64,000 bases of DNA from Hemiscyllium ocellatum (taxonomy: Eukaryota): positions 2,697,438 through 2,761,437 of the forward strand of contig NC_083427.1 of the NCBI RefSeq assembly GCF_020745735.1, written 5' to 3'. Positions 25,690-38,600 of this stretch are shown piece after piece. Position 1 is the first letter of the stretch. Every line of letters starts with the position of its first letter. Below the pieces are notes generated by a model that was given only the letters and a program-made list of their open reading frames with translations, made no database searches and was not told the origin of the DNA. Made by a program: the position numbers and the translations under genes.

Positions 25690-26000
25690 CCTCCCACCCC
25701 CGGTCCGTCGCAGCGGTGAAAGAAAGTACAGCGGAGCGTGACACATGGCGGATCGCTGACCCAGCATTCCGTGCGGGCGGGAAAGCCCCCTATCCACAAA
25801 GAGGAAGCGCGGGTGCGCAGGCTCAGTGCTGAACCGAGGACGGGGACTGCACAAGGAAGTTTGCCCCGAGTGACGGCTCAAGTGGTTGCCTCCTACCAAC
25901 AGGGGCACCCCCCACTGGTGTGGCCGCCATCTTTATTGGGGGCACTGGGTGGTAAGGTGCGTGCCTTTTGTTTTTTGTTAGTGGGCAATGTTTGGAATGA
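25690..26000 (+). promoter_or_regulatory. CpG-rich ZNF-type promoter/intron-1 module with no ZNF ORF downstream
   Basis: 25923-25997 is homologous to 19749-19823 (GCCATCTTT.TTGGGGGCACTGGG...GGGCAATGTTTGGA). Confidence 0.6.
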
Positions 26001-26990
26001 CCGGGTCACAGTCCAACAGGTTTATTTGGAAGCACAAGCTTTCGGAGTGCAGCTCCTTCGCCCCTGCGTTTGACAGGATTTGTCAATACAAAAACAGGGA
26101 TGTGCTTCTTGAGGCTCTGCTCAGGCCACGTTTGGAGTATTGTTGCACGGTTTTGGGCTCCACATCTCTGGAAGAATGCCCTGGCCCTGGAGCGTGTTCA
26201 GAGGAGGCTCGCGAGAAGGGTCCCAGGAATGAAAAGCTTAACATATGAGTACCATTACATAGATTCCCTACATGTGGAAACAGGCTCTTCAGTCCAACAA
26301 GTCCACACCAACATTCTGAAAAGTAATCCACCCAGGCCTATTCCCCTACCCTATATTTATCCCTATACACCCCTGAGCACTATGGGCAATTTAGCATAGC
26401 CAATTCACCTAGCCTACACATTGTGGAATGAAACCAGAGCACCCAGAGGAAACCCACGCAGACACAGGGAGAATGTGCAAACTCCACACAGTCATCTGAG
26501 GCTAGAATTGAACCTGGGCCCTTGACACTGTGCAGCAGCAGTGCTAACCACTGAGCTGCCCCATTTGAGGTCTAGATTCAATGGAGTTTAGAAGGATGAT
26601 GGGAGATCAAATTGAAACTGACAATAGCCGAATAGCCTGGACACAGTGGACGTTGGGGAGATGTTTCCATTGGTAGAAGAGACTAGGACCTGAGCACACA
26701 GCCTTAGAGTAAAGGGAAGACCTTTTACAATGGAGTTAAGGAGAAACCTCTTCAGTCAGAGCGTGGTGAATCTATGGATTTCATTGCCACAGAAGGCTGT
26801 GGAGGCCAGGTCACGGAGTATATTTAAGAGTGAGGTGGATAGGTTCTTGAGTATCAACGGGATCAAGAGTTACGGGGAGAAAGCAGGAGAACAGAGTTGC
26901 GAAAGTTATCAACCATGACTGAATGGCAGAGCAGACTTGATGGGCTGAATGGCCCAGTTTCTGCTCCTATGTCTTATGGTCTTAGGTAAC

Positions 26991-27461
26991 AAGTGGGACA
27001 GGATCATAGAACACAGAATTTATAAGTAAAAGATCCAAGTCTCATTCAACTGATGCGATGTTTTGAACGAACCTCAATTGCTGTTAAGTCTTTAATCGCT
27101 TAGAATGGGGATACACGTTTCAATTGATTAATGTGTAAATCCCAGCATTTCTTTTAAGTCACAGCCCTGAGTTTCCTTAAGGTTTTATCAGTATATTTTT
27201 AAAAAATGAAGTCTCAGCTCAGACAATGCATTGTCTGAGCTGAGATGTCACTTTTTTACTATACAGGTAAAACCTTAAGTTATCTCAGGGCTGTGACTTA
27301 AAAGAAATGCTGGGATTTACACATTAATCAATTGAAACGTGTATCCCCATTCTAAGTGATTAAAGACTTAACAGCAATTGAGGTTCGTTCAAAACATCGC
27401 ATCAGTTGAATGAGACTTGGATCTTTTACGATAAATTGTGTCCTATGATCCTGCCCCACTT
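26991..27461. repeat. ~470-bp spacer-less palindrome, PLE-derived
   Basis: Axis at 27228/27229 with a perfect 34-bp core at 27212-27245. 27026-27171 pairs with its mate with one mismatch. Followed by second-family pLTR sequence at 27465-27588. Confidence 0.95.
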
Positions 27462-30400
27462 AGCTACTTAATGAAGGAGCATGCTCTGAATGCTTGTATT
27501 TTCAAATAAACCTGTTGGTCTATAACCTGGCGTTGTGCAATTTTCAACTTTGTCTACTCCAGTCCAACACTAGCATCTCCCCATCATGGAACGACCAGCA
27601 GGACTGCCCATTGTTCAGAATGGCGACAACTTGTCTATCAAGCTGCAAGAGCTTTTCACACACCACCTTATTGATGAGACACAGCAGCAACACAGAAGGG
27701 AAGAAAAGGAACTAAATTCTTCCTTCTGAGTTGTACCACCTCATGGGACTTGCTGTTCAATGCATTCAAAAAATTGTAGCTCTGTTCAATCACATGGAGG
27801 CTCTGAGCAGAAATCATGACCCTCATAGGACTGCTGACAGCGATGAGGGGCAATGTGCATCAGGAAGCATGTCCTGTCATTCTGGCCAGAAAGGGGGAAT
27901 CTTGTGAATATCTCCAACCTGGACTGAGAGTTTTTTGAATTTGAAAACTCCTTCGACAGGGGCTTGAGAAAGGGATGATTGACACACAGCCAACTCAAAC
28001 TAAGAAATGCTTGTCACTTCTGAATGTCTATCCTGGACTGATAGTGATGGGTTTTCTGAACTTTGATGTGCAGCGCATTGCAAGAGAATTTGCTGACAAG
28101 AAAATGAAACCGTAAAATCTGACAGAATCACTCAATTCTTCAGGATATTGATATTACCAGTATTTGAGGTAAAAATTGAGGGCCAGTTCATTACCACTAG
28201 ATGCATAACATATTTTCCTTACACCCCCTATCCACCTGCCCTACACTGTATGTTAAATCTACCATGCTGACAAATGGGGCTAGATGAATTCAGGATATCT
28301 GATTGGCATGGATGACTTGGAATGAAGGGTGTGTTTCCATGCTGTGCAACTCTATGACTCTTGTCACATAATAGTTTCTCCCCTGAGGGGTGGGGGTCAT
28401 TGCTGATATCAGTACAGAATCATATAATCCCCCTGCAGCGGACAAACAGACCCTTCTGGCCCAACAAGTCCACACCCCTAGCCTTATTGTCCTTTATTTA
28501 CTCCTGACTAATGCACCTAACCCTATACATCTCTGTGACACTATGGGCAATTGAGCATAGCCAATTCAATTGGCCTGCACATCTTTGGATTGTGGGAGGA
28601 AACCCACGCAGACAAGTGGAGAATGTGTCAACTCCACACAGAGGCTGGAATCGAACCTGGTACCCTGGCGCTGTGAGGCAGCAGTGCTAACCACTGAGCC
28701 ACCGTCTCACCCATGTTGGCATTCGTATGAGCCCCTATGACATCTCTTTCTTGTGTCTATTCTGTCTGCAAATCTTGTTTCTGAATTTAAAATTCACGTG
28801 TGATCTGACCATGAACATACAAACAGGTCATAGTCCAGTCCTGCAACTGTACAGTGACAGGAGGAAGTCTGTTCCGTAATGCAAGGATGAGGCTGGATAT
28901 GCTCTGAAAGTTGGTAATCTTACCTACGGACTATTTGATAGAGGGGCTGTCCCAAGCTGTTTATATCCAACAGACATTGAAGGAATCACTCTTAAAGTAA
29001 GCTCACCTCAGGCTCTGCTCCCTCCTGTGATGAACATTCAGTGTCTACTGGTGCTGATTTATAGTGAATCACTGACTGACCTGTGGACCTTTGTTTTGTG
29101 ACACATTTAATTAATGTCCCTGTCTTTTCCTTATTCTCTATTATAATTTCAGCACTATCTGCCTCTCATGCGCCCAGTTCACCATTAATAATCTCTTCCC
29201 CCATTACAGGTTTGTAAAAACGTTCATAATCGGTTATGTTTCCTACTGATTCATTTCATTCTCTTTCCTCATGAATTCTTGCTTTCTACAGAAGCCCCTG
29301 GACATTTCACAATACAGTTGTGTGGCCCTTGTCCAGTTACAAGTGCTCGCGTGAGCAGGATTTGCAGCTCATCAGAGTGCACACTTTCCTCTATGATTGC
29401 ACAGGATTTCGTAACTTCCATTATCTTGTTGTTCTGAACTTGTACAAATCAGTTCAAGGCATCGCATCACATCACACTCTCTCCTCTCTCCACCCCGCTC
29501 CACATCCTCTTAAACTTTCAGCTCGGCAGATTAACATAGGAGGGAAAAAAAATCACAACTTGTCAGACTGGACAAGTCAAATCCTAGAATGAAACTTGTC
29601 TTGATAGATCATATGTTTTGCTCGTTAGTTACTATAGTAGTCAGTCACTGAACACATCGATAAGACACTGTCAATGTATGTTTAATAAAAGAACATCAAA
29701 TTTTTATTACAGAAAATAATAAAATGCAAAGTGATGAAAATACATACTTGTATGCCACATTGAAAAAAGGTTTAAAAATTTAACTGCAAAAAAGGAACAA
29801 TTCAACCCGTCTTCATTCACAGCAATATCCTTCACAGATACTCAATCCTCTCAATGGATATCAATATAAGAGGTGAGTTGGCAGATGACAATATTGGTGG
29901 TGGGGTAAATAATGAGGAGGAAAGTCTCAGACTACAGGACAAAATAGACTTGCTGGTCAGATGGGCTGGATTTAATTCTGAAAACTGTGAAGTGATGCAT
30001 TTTGGGAGAACTAATAAGAGAAGGGCTGGACCCTCGAAAGTACAGAGGATCAGGAGAGCTTTGGTGTGTCCTAGAGCAAAAGAGAAGGACAGCGCAGGAT
30101 TGGGCACTTCAACTCTGCAGACCTGTGCCGATTATCATGCTAAAGAAGAAATTCTGATATTATTCAGTCCATATCCCTCTATTCCTTCCCTGTTCATGTA
30201 ACCATCCAGATCCTCTTCACTGTTGCCAATGTGCCTATTTCCACCATCGCTTTTGGCAATGCAGTCCAGGCTCCTACCACACTCCGCATGAAAACTTGCC
30301 TCCATTAAACTTTCCCCCTCTCACCTTGAACCTGTGGCGCCTTGTAATTGAGACCTCAACCCTGGGGAAAAGCCTCTGACTATCCACCCTATCGGCGCCA

Positions 30401-30802
30401 CTCCTAATTGTGTCCACGTCTATCAGGTCCCCTCTCAGCCGCTGTCTTCCCAGTGAAAAGGATCCCAGTCTTTTTAACCTCTCTTCTCAGCCAATGCCCT
30501 CGTGAACATCCTGGTGAACCTTCTCTGCACTTTTCTCTCTGAAGCTTCCTTCTGGTCGTGTGGCGATCAAAACTGCACACCGTACTCCCAAATGCAGCCT
30601 AACGGGGGGTTTCATAGAGCTGCGACATGGTTGGCCAACTCTTGTAGTCCATGCCCTAGCCAATGAAGGCAAGCATACCATACGCCTTCTTAATCACCTT
30701 GCCTACCTGTCTTGCCACTTTTAGGGAACTGTGGACTTGCGTGCCCAGATTTGTCTGTACGTTAATGTTCCTAAGGGTTCTGCCATTTGCTGTACAATTC
30801 AC

Positions 30803-31177
30803 CAAAAGACATGACCCACTTATCACTAGTTTCTATACATACAGACAAAAGGAGGGCACCTACTTGGACTGGGACAACACACACCTTCCTCAGACAGGCG
30901 AAACATAGACACGCAAGAGAATTCTTAGAGGCATGGCATTCTAACCAGAACTCGATCAATAAACACATCGATTTAGATCCTATCTACCTCCCTTGGAAAA
31001 ACAAAAGATAACCGGAAATGATATCATCTACCTTGAGAAACCAAGACCTGTAAATAGAGAGGCGGGACATACCACCAGCGCTTCACCGAGACTCTCACTG
31101 ATGATGTTACCTAGTATGGCGACGAAACGTCTGAAAACAAACCTTCCAGCTCAGTGAGCTAACTTACATACCTTAAA
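30803..31177 (+). mobile_element. Penelope-like element 3' fragment
   Basis: QAKHRHAREFLEAWHSNQNSINKHIDL; TSD ACAATTCAC (30794-30802 / 31178-31186). Confidence 0.85.
31095..31134 (+). ncRNA. Minimal type I hammerhead ribozyme motif
   Basis: TCA-CTGATGA-T-GTTACC-TAGTAT-GGCGAC-GAAA-CGTC-TGA. Confidence 0.75.
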
Positions 31178-31659
31178 ACAATTCACGCCCAAGTATGATC
31201 CTCCAAAGTATATCACCTTGCATTTGTCTGGATTAAACTCCATCTGCCATTTCTACACCCAAGTCGCCAATCTAGCCATATCCTGTTGAATCCTTTCACG
31301 ATCGCCGGCAGTATCAGCAACTCCACTGGCTTCCAGGTCATCTGAAAACTTACTAAGCAGACCACTCACCTTTTCCTCCAGATCATTTTGACACACTGCA
31401 AACATATCCTTGAAGGCAGCACGACAGGTAAATAACCTGGCTAAGAAATCATGTGGGATACTTGCCTTTATTAGACAAGGCAGCGAATACTACAGCGAGG
31501 GGTTAGAATGAAGCTGAAAATAATGTTCGGCCGCAGATCAAAACCGCATGTTGTTGTGCTCACTCCACCATTGGAAGGGTGTGACTGCACGAGAAGAGAA
31601 TTTCCAGGATGTTGCCTGGGCTGCAGAGAGACTAAATAGGCTGGAGTGGTTTTCCTCAG

Positions 31660-32240
31660 AGTCGAGAGTGTGGTGCTGGAAAAGCACAGCAGGTCAGGCA
31701 GCATCTGAGGAGCAGGAAAGTCAATGTTTCAGGCATTAGCCCTTCATCAGGAATGAGGCTTGAGAGCTGAGGGGGTGGAGAGATCAATGGGAGGGGGATG
31801 GACCTTGGGGGAAAAGGTAGCTGAGAGTCCAATAGACAGATGAAGGTGGGGGGGGGGGGGGACGAGAGGAAGGTGATAGGTCGGAAAGGAGGGTGGAGCG
31901 GATCGGTGGGAAGGAAGATGAACAAGTAGGGTAGGTCATGAGGGCAGTGCCAAGTTGGAGGGTTGGATCTAACATAAGGAGCGGAGTGGGGGGGGGGGGG
32001 GATGTGGAAACTAGTGAAATCCACATTCGTGCCATGTGGTTGGAAGGTCTCAAGGGAGAAGATGAGGCGTTCTTCCTCCAGGCATTAGGTGGTTAGGGAG
32101 TGGCAGTGGAGGAGGCCCCAGGACCTGCACGTCCTCAGCGGAGTGGGAGGGGGAGAGTTGAAGTGTTTGGCCACAGGCCGGTGGGGTTGGTTGGTGCGGG
32201 TGTCCTGGAGATGTTCCCTGAAGCGCTCTGCAGAGGAGGC
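31660..32240 (-). mobile_element. Penelope-like element 3' end with CpG-decayed hammerhead
   Basis: Homologous to 62250-62784. Minus strand reads ATTC-CTGATGA-A-GGGC-TAAT-GCCT-GAAA-CATT. Confidence 0.8.
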
Positions 32241-32474
32241 TGAGAGGGGAACCTGAGTGAGCTATACAAGCTGATGAGGGGTGTAGATAGGGAGAAACAT
32301 TTCTCCTTAGTAGAGGTGTCAATGATCTGGAACACAGGTTTACGTTAAGGAGCAGGAGGTTTAGCGGAAACAAGAGGAGAATGTTTTTCACTTGAGGGTG
32401 GTGGGTGCCTGGAACGCTCTGTCTAAAGTGTAGTGGACGCGGGAACTATCTAGACATGTAAAAGCTATTTTAGG

Positions 32475-34160
32475 GAGATCCAAGATGGCGGCGACTCAGC
32501 AAGTCTGAGTTTACAGAGCTCTTCCCAAAACCTGGCTAAAGTGAGTTACTCATCCCCACCACACTTACCAAACCACCCAAAAAAAATTTCTAACCTTAAT
32601 TAGCTGCTTACTATTATATTTAAGCAGTTTAATATTAAGTGGATAATGAGTAAACCAAAGGGATCCTGCAGCTCTCAGAAAACAAAGACCCCTCCCCCAC
32701 CCTCCTCTCCTCCTCCGGCTGCAGCTGATGTAAAAACAGGCCTTGAAGAGATGATTGCCAGGCTGGAAACGACACTCGTCAATTTCATCGCAGAATCCCG
32801 ACAGAGATGGAACTCATTCGAAGAAAAGCTACAAAAGCACAGCCAGGCTATTGAGGAACTGCAGGGCCGAGTGAAGGGGGCGGAGCTAAAGGCCACGACC
32901 TCCGAGGCTGCAGCGCAAACAGCTGCAGAACAGGTGCCAGCTCTGGAGCAGAGGGTCCGGGCCTTTGAAATCTACATGGATGACCTGGATAATAGAAATC
33001 GGAGAAAGAATATCCGTCTTCTGGGCCTCCCTGAACAAGAAGAGAAGGGACAGTTAGCAGCATTTCTGGAGCGATGGTTGCCCCAGCTTTTAAACCTGGG
33101 GGCTGAAACTGACCGGGTAAGGGTGGAGTGGGCCTACCGGGTCGCAGCACGCGGATCTGGCCCAAACCAGCGCCCACGCCCAGTCCTGTTCCGGCTGCAG
33201 AGTTATAGGGAGAGGCAGATACTCCTGGATGCCTCCAGAAATCTTGGAAAGGATCCTAAAGCCACGATCCATGAAGGATCCAAGATTATGTTATTTCAGG
33301 ACTTCTCCCCGGCTTTGGCACGAAGGAGGAAGGCGTTTGATGAGGTGAAGAAATGTCTAAGGAACTTAAATATTCAATACACCTTACGCTACCCAGCGAC
33401 GTTATGCTTTAACCACGAAGGATCCGAGTATAATTTTAGATCACCAGAAGAGGCTAAGGAACTTTTAGACTCGTTTAAATAAATCGTAAGAGACAATTTA
33501 TGTTGGCTTGCCTCTTCCACACTCCGTGGGGAGAAGTGGATACTTTACTCTACTTTACTTTTGCTTCTGGGAGCAGGGTTGTCTTCCCTTGCTATTTTAT
33601 GTTATTATACTTAACTGTAATTTGTTGGAGTTGTAATTTTATAGTTATGTGTGTTTGTACGTGGCATTGATGCTATCAGATATACTCAGGTATGGGTGGG
33701 GAGGGGTGGGGGTGGGGCGCTCACTGTTAACTCTAGCTCGGTATTATATTTAAATCCTATTAAGGAGCGCCCGGGTCAAGGGTGGGACACTGTTTGGGAG
33801 AGGATATGGTGGACCTTTAGAAAGGAAGTAAGGCCCCCTGAGAACAAGGGGGAGGATCTCCATTCAAACATGTTTTATTTTTTTTGTTCTTATTGTTTGG
33901 AAATAGTTTCCTTTTTATTATACTGTTATGAGTGTTTGAAGGATGTAAGTGACTCAACTATACACTCTGGATAATTGTGGATTAGATTAGTAGTTAACTG
34001 AGTTTCATTGTTTTTCTTTCTTCTTTAGTATCATTCCTTTGAATTTTGATGATTATATATTTAAGATCTATTTTTATATTAATGTTTGTGCTTGAAAGTT
34101 CTGTTTATTTTTGTAAATCTGTCAAAATATTAAATTTCTAATAAAAATATCTTTAAAAAA
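32475..34160 (+). mobile_element. Complete ORF1-only L1 derivative (HAL1-like)
   Basis: 5' GAGATCCAAGATGGCGGC (YY1), intact ORF1, no ORF2, AATAAA plus A-tail. TSD AAAAGCTA(T/G)TTTAGG (32460-32474 / 34161-34175). Inserted in a CR1 tail. Confidence 0.88.
32646..33482 (+). CDS. L1 ORF1p (coiled coil, RRM, CTD), 278 aa
   Basis: NRNRRKNIRLLGLPE, RPRPVLFRL, FQDFSPALARRR and YPATL motifs. Confidence 0.92.
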   Translation: MSKPKGSCSSQKTKTPPPPSSPPPAAADVKTGLEEMIARLETTLVNFIAESRQRWNSFEEKLQKHSQAIEELQGRVKGAELKATTSEAAAQTAAEQVPALEQRVRAFEIYMDDLDNRNRRKNIRLLGLPEQEEKGQLAAFLERWLPQLLNLGAETDRVRVEWAYRVAARGSGPNQRPRPVLFRLQSYRERQILLDASRNLGKDPKATIHEGSKIMLFQDFSPALARRRKAFDEVKKCLRNLNIQYTLRYPATLCFNHEGSEYNFRSPEEAKELLDSFK

Positions 34161-34883
34161 AAAAGCTAGTTTAGGTGAAATGTCATAGAAGACAAAACTG
34201 TGGGCCAAATGCTGGTCAATGGGATCAGAACAATCCTTACGGACCAGTGCAGGAACAAGGACATTTTTTCTGTGCTATTAAAATTCTGATCAAGTTTCAC
34301 TCCCACTTTTAGTTTCTTACTTAACTGATGAGATCGCAAGCTTTTCATTTCAGACTTCCTGCACACTCCCACGGGATTCTCTCGACTTCCCGCAGACAGA
34401 CAGGTGAAGCCACTGACTTTTCTCAGTGAACCTTAGGAGGGCCTCAGGGCCTTTCCTCGCCCTTTCTCTTGGGACTGTCAAAGGATTAAAGACTTCCTTC
34501 CAGCCTGAAGACCCCCACAAACTAAATGACCTTCCTGGAATACCTTTCAAGTCTAAACTCAACCTGTTGGCCGTCCCATTTCACTGGCGGGTCACACAGA
34601 AAACACAACCCAGAAAACGTTACATTGATTTAAATTGCCAGATAACTTACTCGTCAGTTAAGTCATGCGTTTTCCTTTCGAAGCGATGTTTAAGCTCATT
34701 GTTCGTAGCTAACTTTCAGACCTCTTTAAAAACAAGCCCCTTCACAGAACCAAGATCAAAACCCATTTACCTCTACTCTCATATTCAGGTTCCCTCCCCT
34801 CCCCCCCCATAGTCATGTTAAAAACCTTCAGGTTACTCCTCCTGAATTTATTGACAGAAGAGGGACAGAATTTCTGCACACTG

Positions 34884-35202
34884 AGATTAGAGATTAGATT
34901 AGACTTACAGTGTGGAAACAGGCCCTTCGGCCCAACAAGTTCACACCGACCCGCCGAAGCGAAACCCACCCATACCCCTACATTTACCCCTTACCTAACA
35001 CTACGGGCAATTTAGCGTGGCCAATTCACCTGACCCGCACATCTTTGGACTGTGGGAGGAAACCGGAGCACCCGGAGGAAACCCACGCAGACACGGGGAG
35101 AACGTGCAAACTCCACACAGTCAGTCGCCTGAGTCGGGAATTGAACCCGGGTCTCAGGCGTTGTGAGGCAGCAGTGCTAACCACTGTGCCACCGTGCCGC
35201 CC
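34884..35202 (-). mobile_element. Young full-length HE1-type SINE
   Basis: Near-identical to 58110-58424; (TAATC)n tail. Confidence 0.9.
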
Positions 35203-35380
35203 ACTCAGAGATTGGGGCTAAAGTGGGATCTGTTCCTGACTGAAAGGTGAAATGGCAAGTTTTAAATTTCCAATCTGAAAGTTTTTTTTTATTAGATTAC
35301 TTACAGTGTGGAAACAGGCCCTTCAGCCCAACAAGTCCACACCAACCCGCCAAAGCGCACCTATCCAGATCCATTCCCCT

Positions 35381-35449
35381 ACACCTAACACTACGGTGGC
35401 TAAAACACCTAACACTACGGTGGCTAAACACCTAACACTACGGTGGCTA
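35381..35449. repeat. 3 x 23-24-bp tandem repeat at a truncated SINE junction
   Basis: ACACCTAACACTACGGTGGCTA occurs three times. Confidence 0.9.
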
Positions 35450-35909
35450 CTCTATTCAGAAAATGGACGACTGAGTACATTTCTTCCCTCAGACGGAATA
35501 TGTTTAACGGCACCTCCTCGCTGTGGATGTGCTGGTGCATGGGGATGGAGAACTAAACTCCTTTGCACATGCCTCGAATTTCCGCCGCCGCTCCCTGTTA
35601 TCATAGAATGCCGACAGCGTGGAAGCAGGCTATTTGGCCTACCCATGCCAACCCTCCGAAGAGCATCCCACCCAGGTCCACCCCACTGCCTGATCCCGGT
35701 AATTTCCCATGGCTAATTCACCTAACCTGCACATCCCTGGCCCGTCATACCTTTGGACTGTGGAAGGAAATCAGAGCACTGAGACACTGGGGAACGTGCA
35801 AATGCCACACAGACTGAGGCTGGAATCGAACCCAGGCCCCTGGTGCCGTGAGGCAGCAGTGCTAACTGAGTCTTTTGTGGCTATCCTTGTGTCTTTCCAG
35901 GTTGAATGA

Positions 35910-38600
35910 CTATCGAGTCATCAGAGAATGGAATTAGACCCTTCGGTTCAACTAGTCCATGCCAACCGCAATCCCAAACCAAACTGTGCTTGGCCCTTAT
36001 CCCTCCAAACCTTCCTATTTATGTACCTATGACCACAGTGCCCAGTGGTTAGCACTGCTGCCTCACAGCGCCAAGGACCCAGGTTCGATTCCAGCCTTTT
36101 ATTTTGGGGTACGTGGAGTTTGCGCATTCTCCCCGTATCTGTGTGGGTTTCCTCCGGGTGCTCCGGTTTCCTCCCACAATCCAAAGATGTGCAGATTGGG
36201 TGAATTGGCTGTCCTCAATTGCCCAAAGTGTTAGGTGCGTTAGTCAGGGATAAATATAGGGTAGGAGAATGGGCCGGGATGGGCTACTCTTCAGAGGGTC
36301 AGTGTGGACTTGTTGGGCCGAAGGGCCTGTTTCCATACTGTCAGAAATCTAATCGAATTTTATCCAAATGTCTTTTAAATGTTGCAACTGTAGCTGCATC
36401 CACCACTTCACTCCACATGTGAACCACTCTGTGCAAAAAGAAATTGCCTAGTCTTGTCTTAATCTTTCTCCTTTCACCTTAAAAATATGCTCCCTAGTCT
36501 TGAAATCCCCAACCCCCACCTGCTATTCACCTTATTATTTTTCAAACCTCTATAAAAGGTCATCGCTAAACTTCCTACACTCCAGTGAAAAAAGTCCTGG
36601 TCTATCCAGCCTCTCGTAACTCAAATCCTCTATACCCAGCAACGTCCTGATAAATCTTTTCTTAACTGTCTGCAGCTTAATTAGTAGCCCTCCTATAACA
36701 GGGTGACCAGAACCGGACATCGTATACCAGAAGAGGCCTCACCAACATCCTGTACAACCTCAACATAACGTCCCAACTCCTGTACTCCAAGGTCTGAGCA
36801 ATGAAGGCAAGCCTTCGAGCCAGCACCACCATTCATCATGATCATGGCTAATCATCCACAATCAGTGTCCTGTTCCTGCCTTATTCCCATAACTCTCAAT
36901 TCCACTATCTTTAAGAGCTCTATCCCTCTCTTACTTGAAAGTATCCTGTAGACTTGGCCTCCACTGCCTTCTGAGGCAGAGCATTCCATATATCCACCAC
37001 TCTCTGGGTGAAGACGTTTCTCCTCAAATGCCTTTATAACCACTACATGTGATGCAAACTTCAAAGAATTTTGTACCTAATCTCACCGTTCTACAACATT
37101 GCCCAAGTCACTACTTTTAAATGTATACGTCTTGTCTTTGTTTATATTACCAAAATGTAATACCTCACATTTATCCAAAGTTAACTCCATTTTCCACTCT
37201 TCAACCATTGACCCAACTGATCGAGATCTCGTTGTAATCTTAAATCATCTTCTTCACGATCACCAATCATGGTGTCAAGCACAAACCTACCGACCATGCT
37301 TTCTATGTTATCATCGAAATCATTTTATATCAATGATAAACAAAAGTGGATCCAGCATCGATCCCTGTGGAACATGGCTGGTCACAGGTCATCCAGTCAG
37401 CAAAAACAACCGTCACTCTCGATCTCCTGTCATTAAGCCAATTCCGTATCCTATTGGCCAGTTCACCTTGAATCCCATGTGATCTAACTTTACTGATTAG
37501 TCTACCACGTGGAACCTTGTCAACGGCTTTACTAATGTCCAAGTCAACAACGTCTACCGTTCTGGCCTTGTCAATCTTCTTGGTTGTTTTCTCAAAAAAA
37601 AACAACCATCAGGTTTGTGAGACACATTTTCCCTCGCACAAATCCATGCTGACTATCCCCAACCTGTACAAGTGCATAAAAAACTCCAATCTTTCAGAAT
37701 CACTTCCAACAATGTACCCACAGTGAAGTCAGACTCACAGGTCTATAGACAATAGGTGCAGGAGTAGGCCATTCGGCCCTTCGAGCCAGCACCACCATTC
37801 ATTATGATCAAGGCTGATCATCCTTTATCAGTGTCCTGTTCCTGCCTTATCCCCATAACCCTTGATTGCACTATCTTTAAGAGCTCTATCCATCTCTTGA
37901 AAGTATCCAGAGACTTGGCCTTCAGTATTTTTTGGGACAGAGCGTTCCATACACCCACCACTCTCTGGGTGAAGACGTTCCTCCTCCGCTCTGTTCTAAG
38001 TGGCCTACCCCTTATTTTAAAACTGGGTCCTCTGGTTCGGGACTCACCCATCAGCGGAAACATGCTTCCTACCTCCAGAGTGTCCAATCCTTTAATAATC
38101 TTATACATCTCAATCAGATCCCCTCTCAGCCTTATAAACTCAGGTGTATACAAGCCCAGTCACTCCAAAATCTTTCAACATAAGATAGTCCCGCCATTCT
38201 GGGAATTGACCTAGTGAACCTACCCTGCACTCCCTCAGTAGCCCGCATGTCCTTAAATTTGGAGACCAAAATTGCACACAATACTCCAGGTGTGGTCTCA
38301 CCAGGGCCCTGTACAGCTGAAGAAGGACCTCTTTGCTCCTATACTCAATCTCTCTTGTTATGGAAGCCATTAGCTTTCTTCACTACCTGCTGTACCTGCA
38401 TGCTTGCCTTCATTGACTGGTGTACAAGAACACCTAGATCTCGTTGTACTGCTCCTTTACCTAACTTGACTCCATTCTGATAGTAATCTGCCTTCCTGTT
38501 CTTGCCACCAAAGTGGACAACCACACATTTATCCACATTAAACTGCATCTGCCATGCAGCCGTCCACTCATTTAATCTGTCCAAGCCACCCTGTATTCTC
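35910..38600 (-). mobile_element. Stack of nested CR1 fragments
   Basis: ORFs 37330-37605, 37818-38153, 38140-38370 and 38345-38725 are CR1 RT/C-terminal pieces. Confidence 0.82.

Noticed and set aside
34325-34416. TGATGA...CTGA, a possible C/D snoRNA or hammerhead
   Set aside because: No terminal stem, and no stem II/GAAA following the CTGATGA.
35381-35449. CRISPR-like short direct repeats (also the 39-bp and 81-bp arrays)
   Set aside because: No unique spacers, eukaryotic context and no cas genes.
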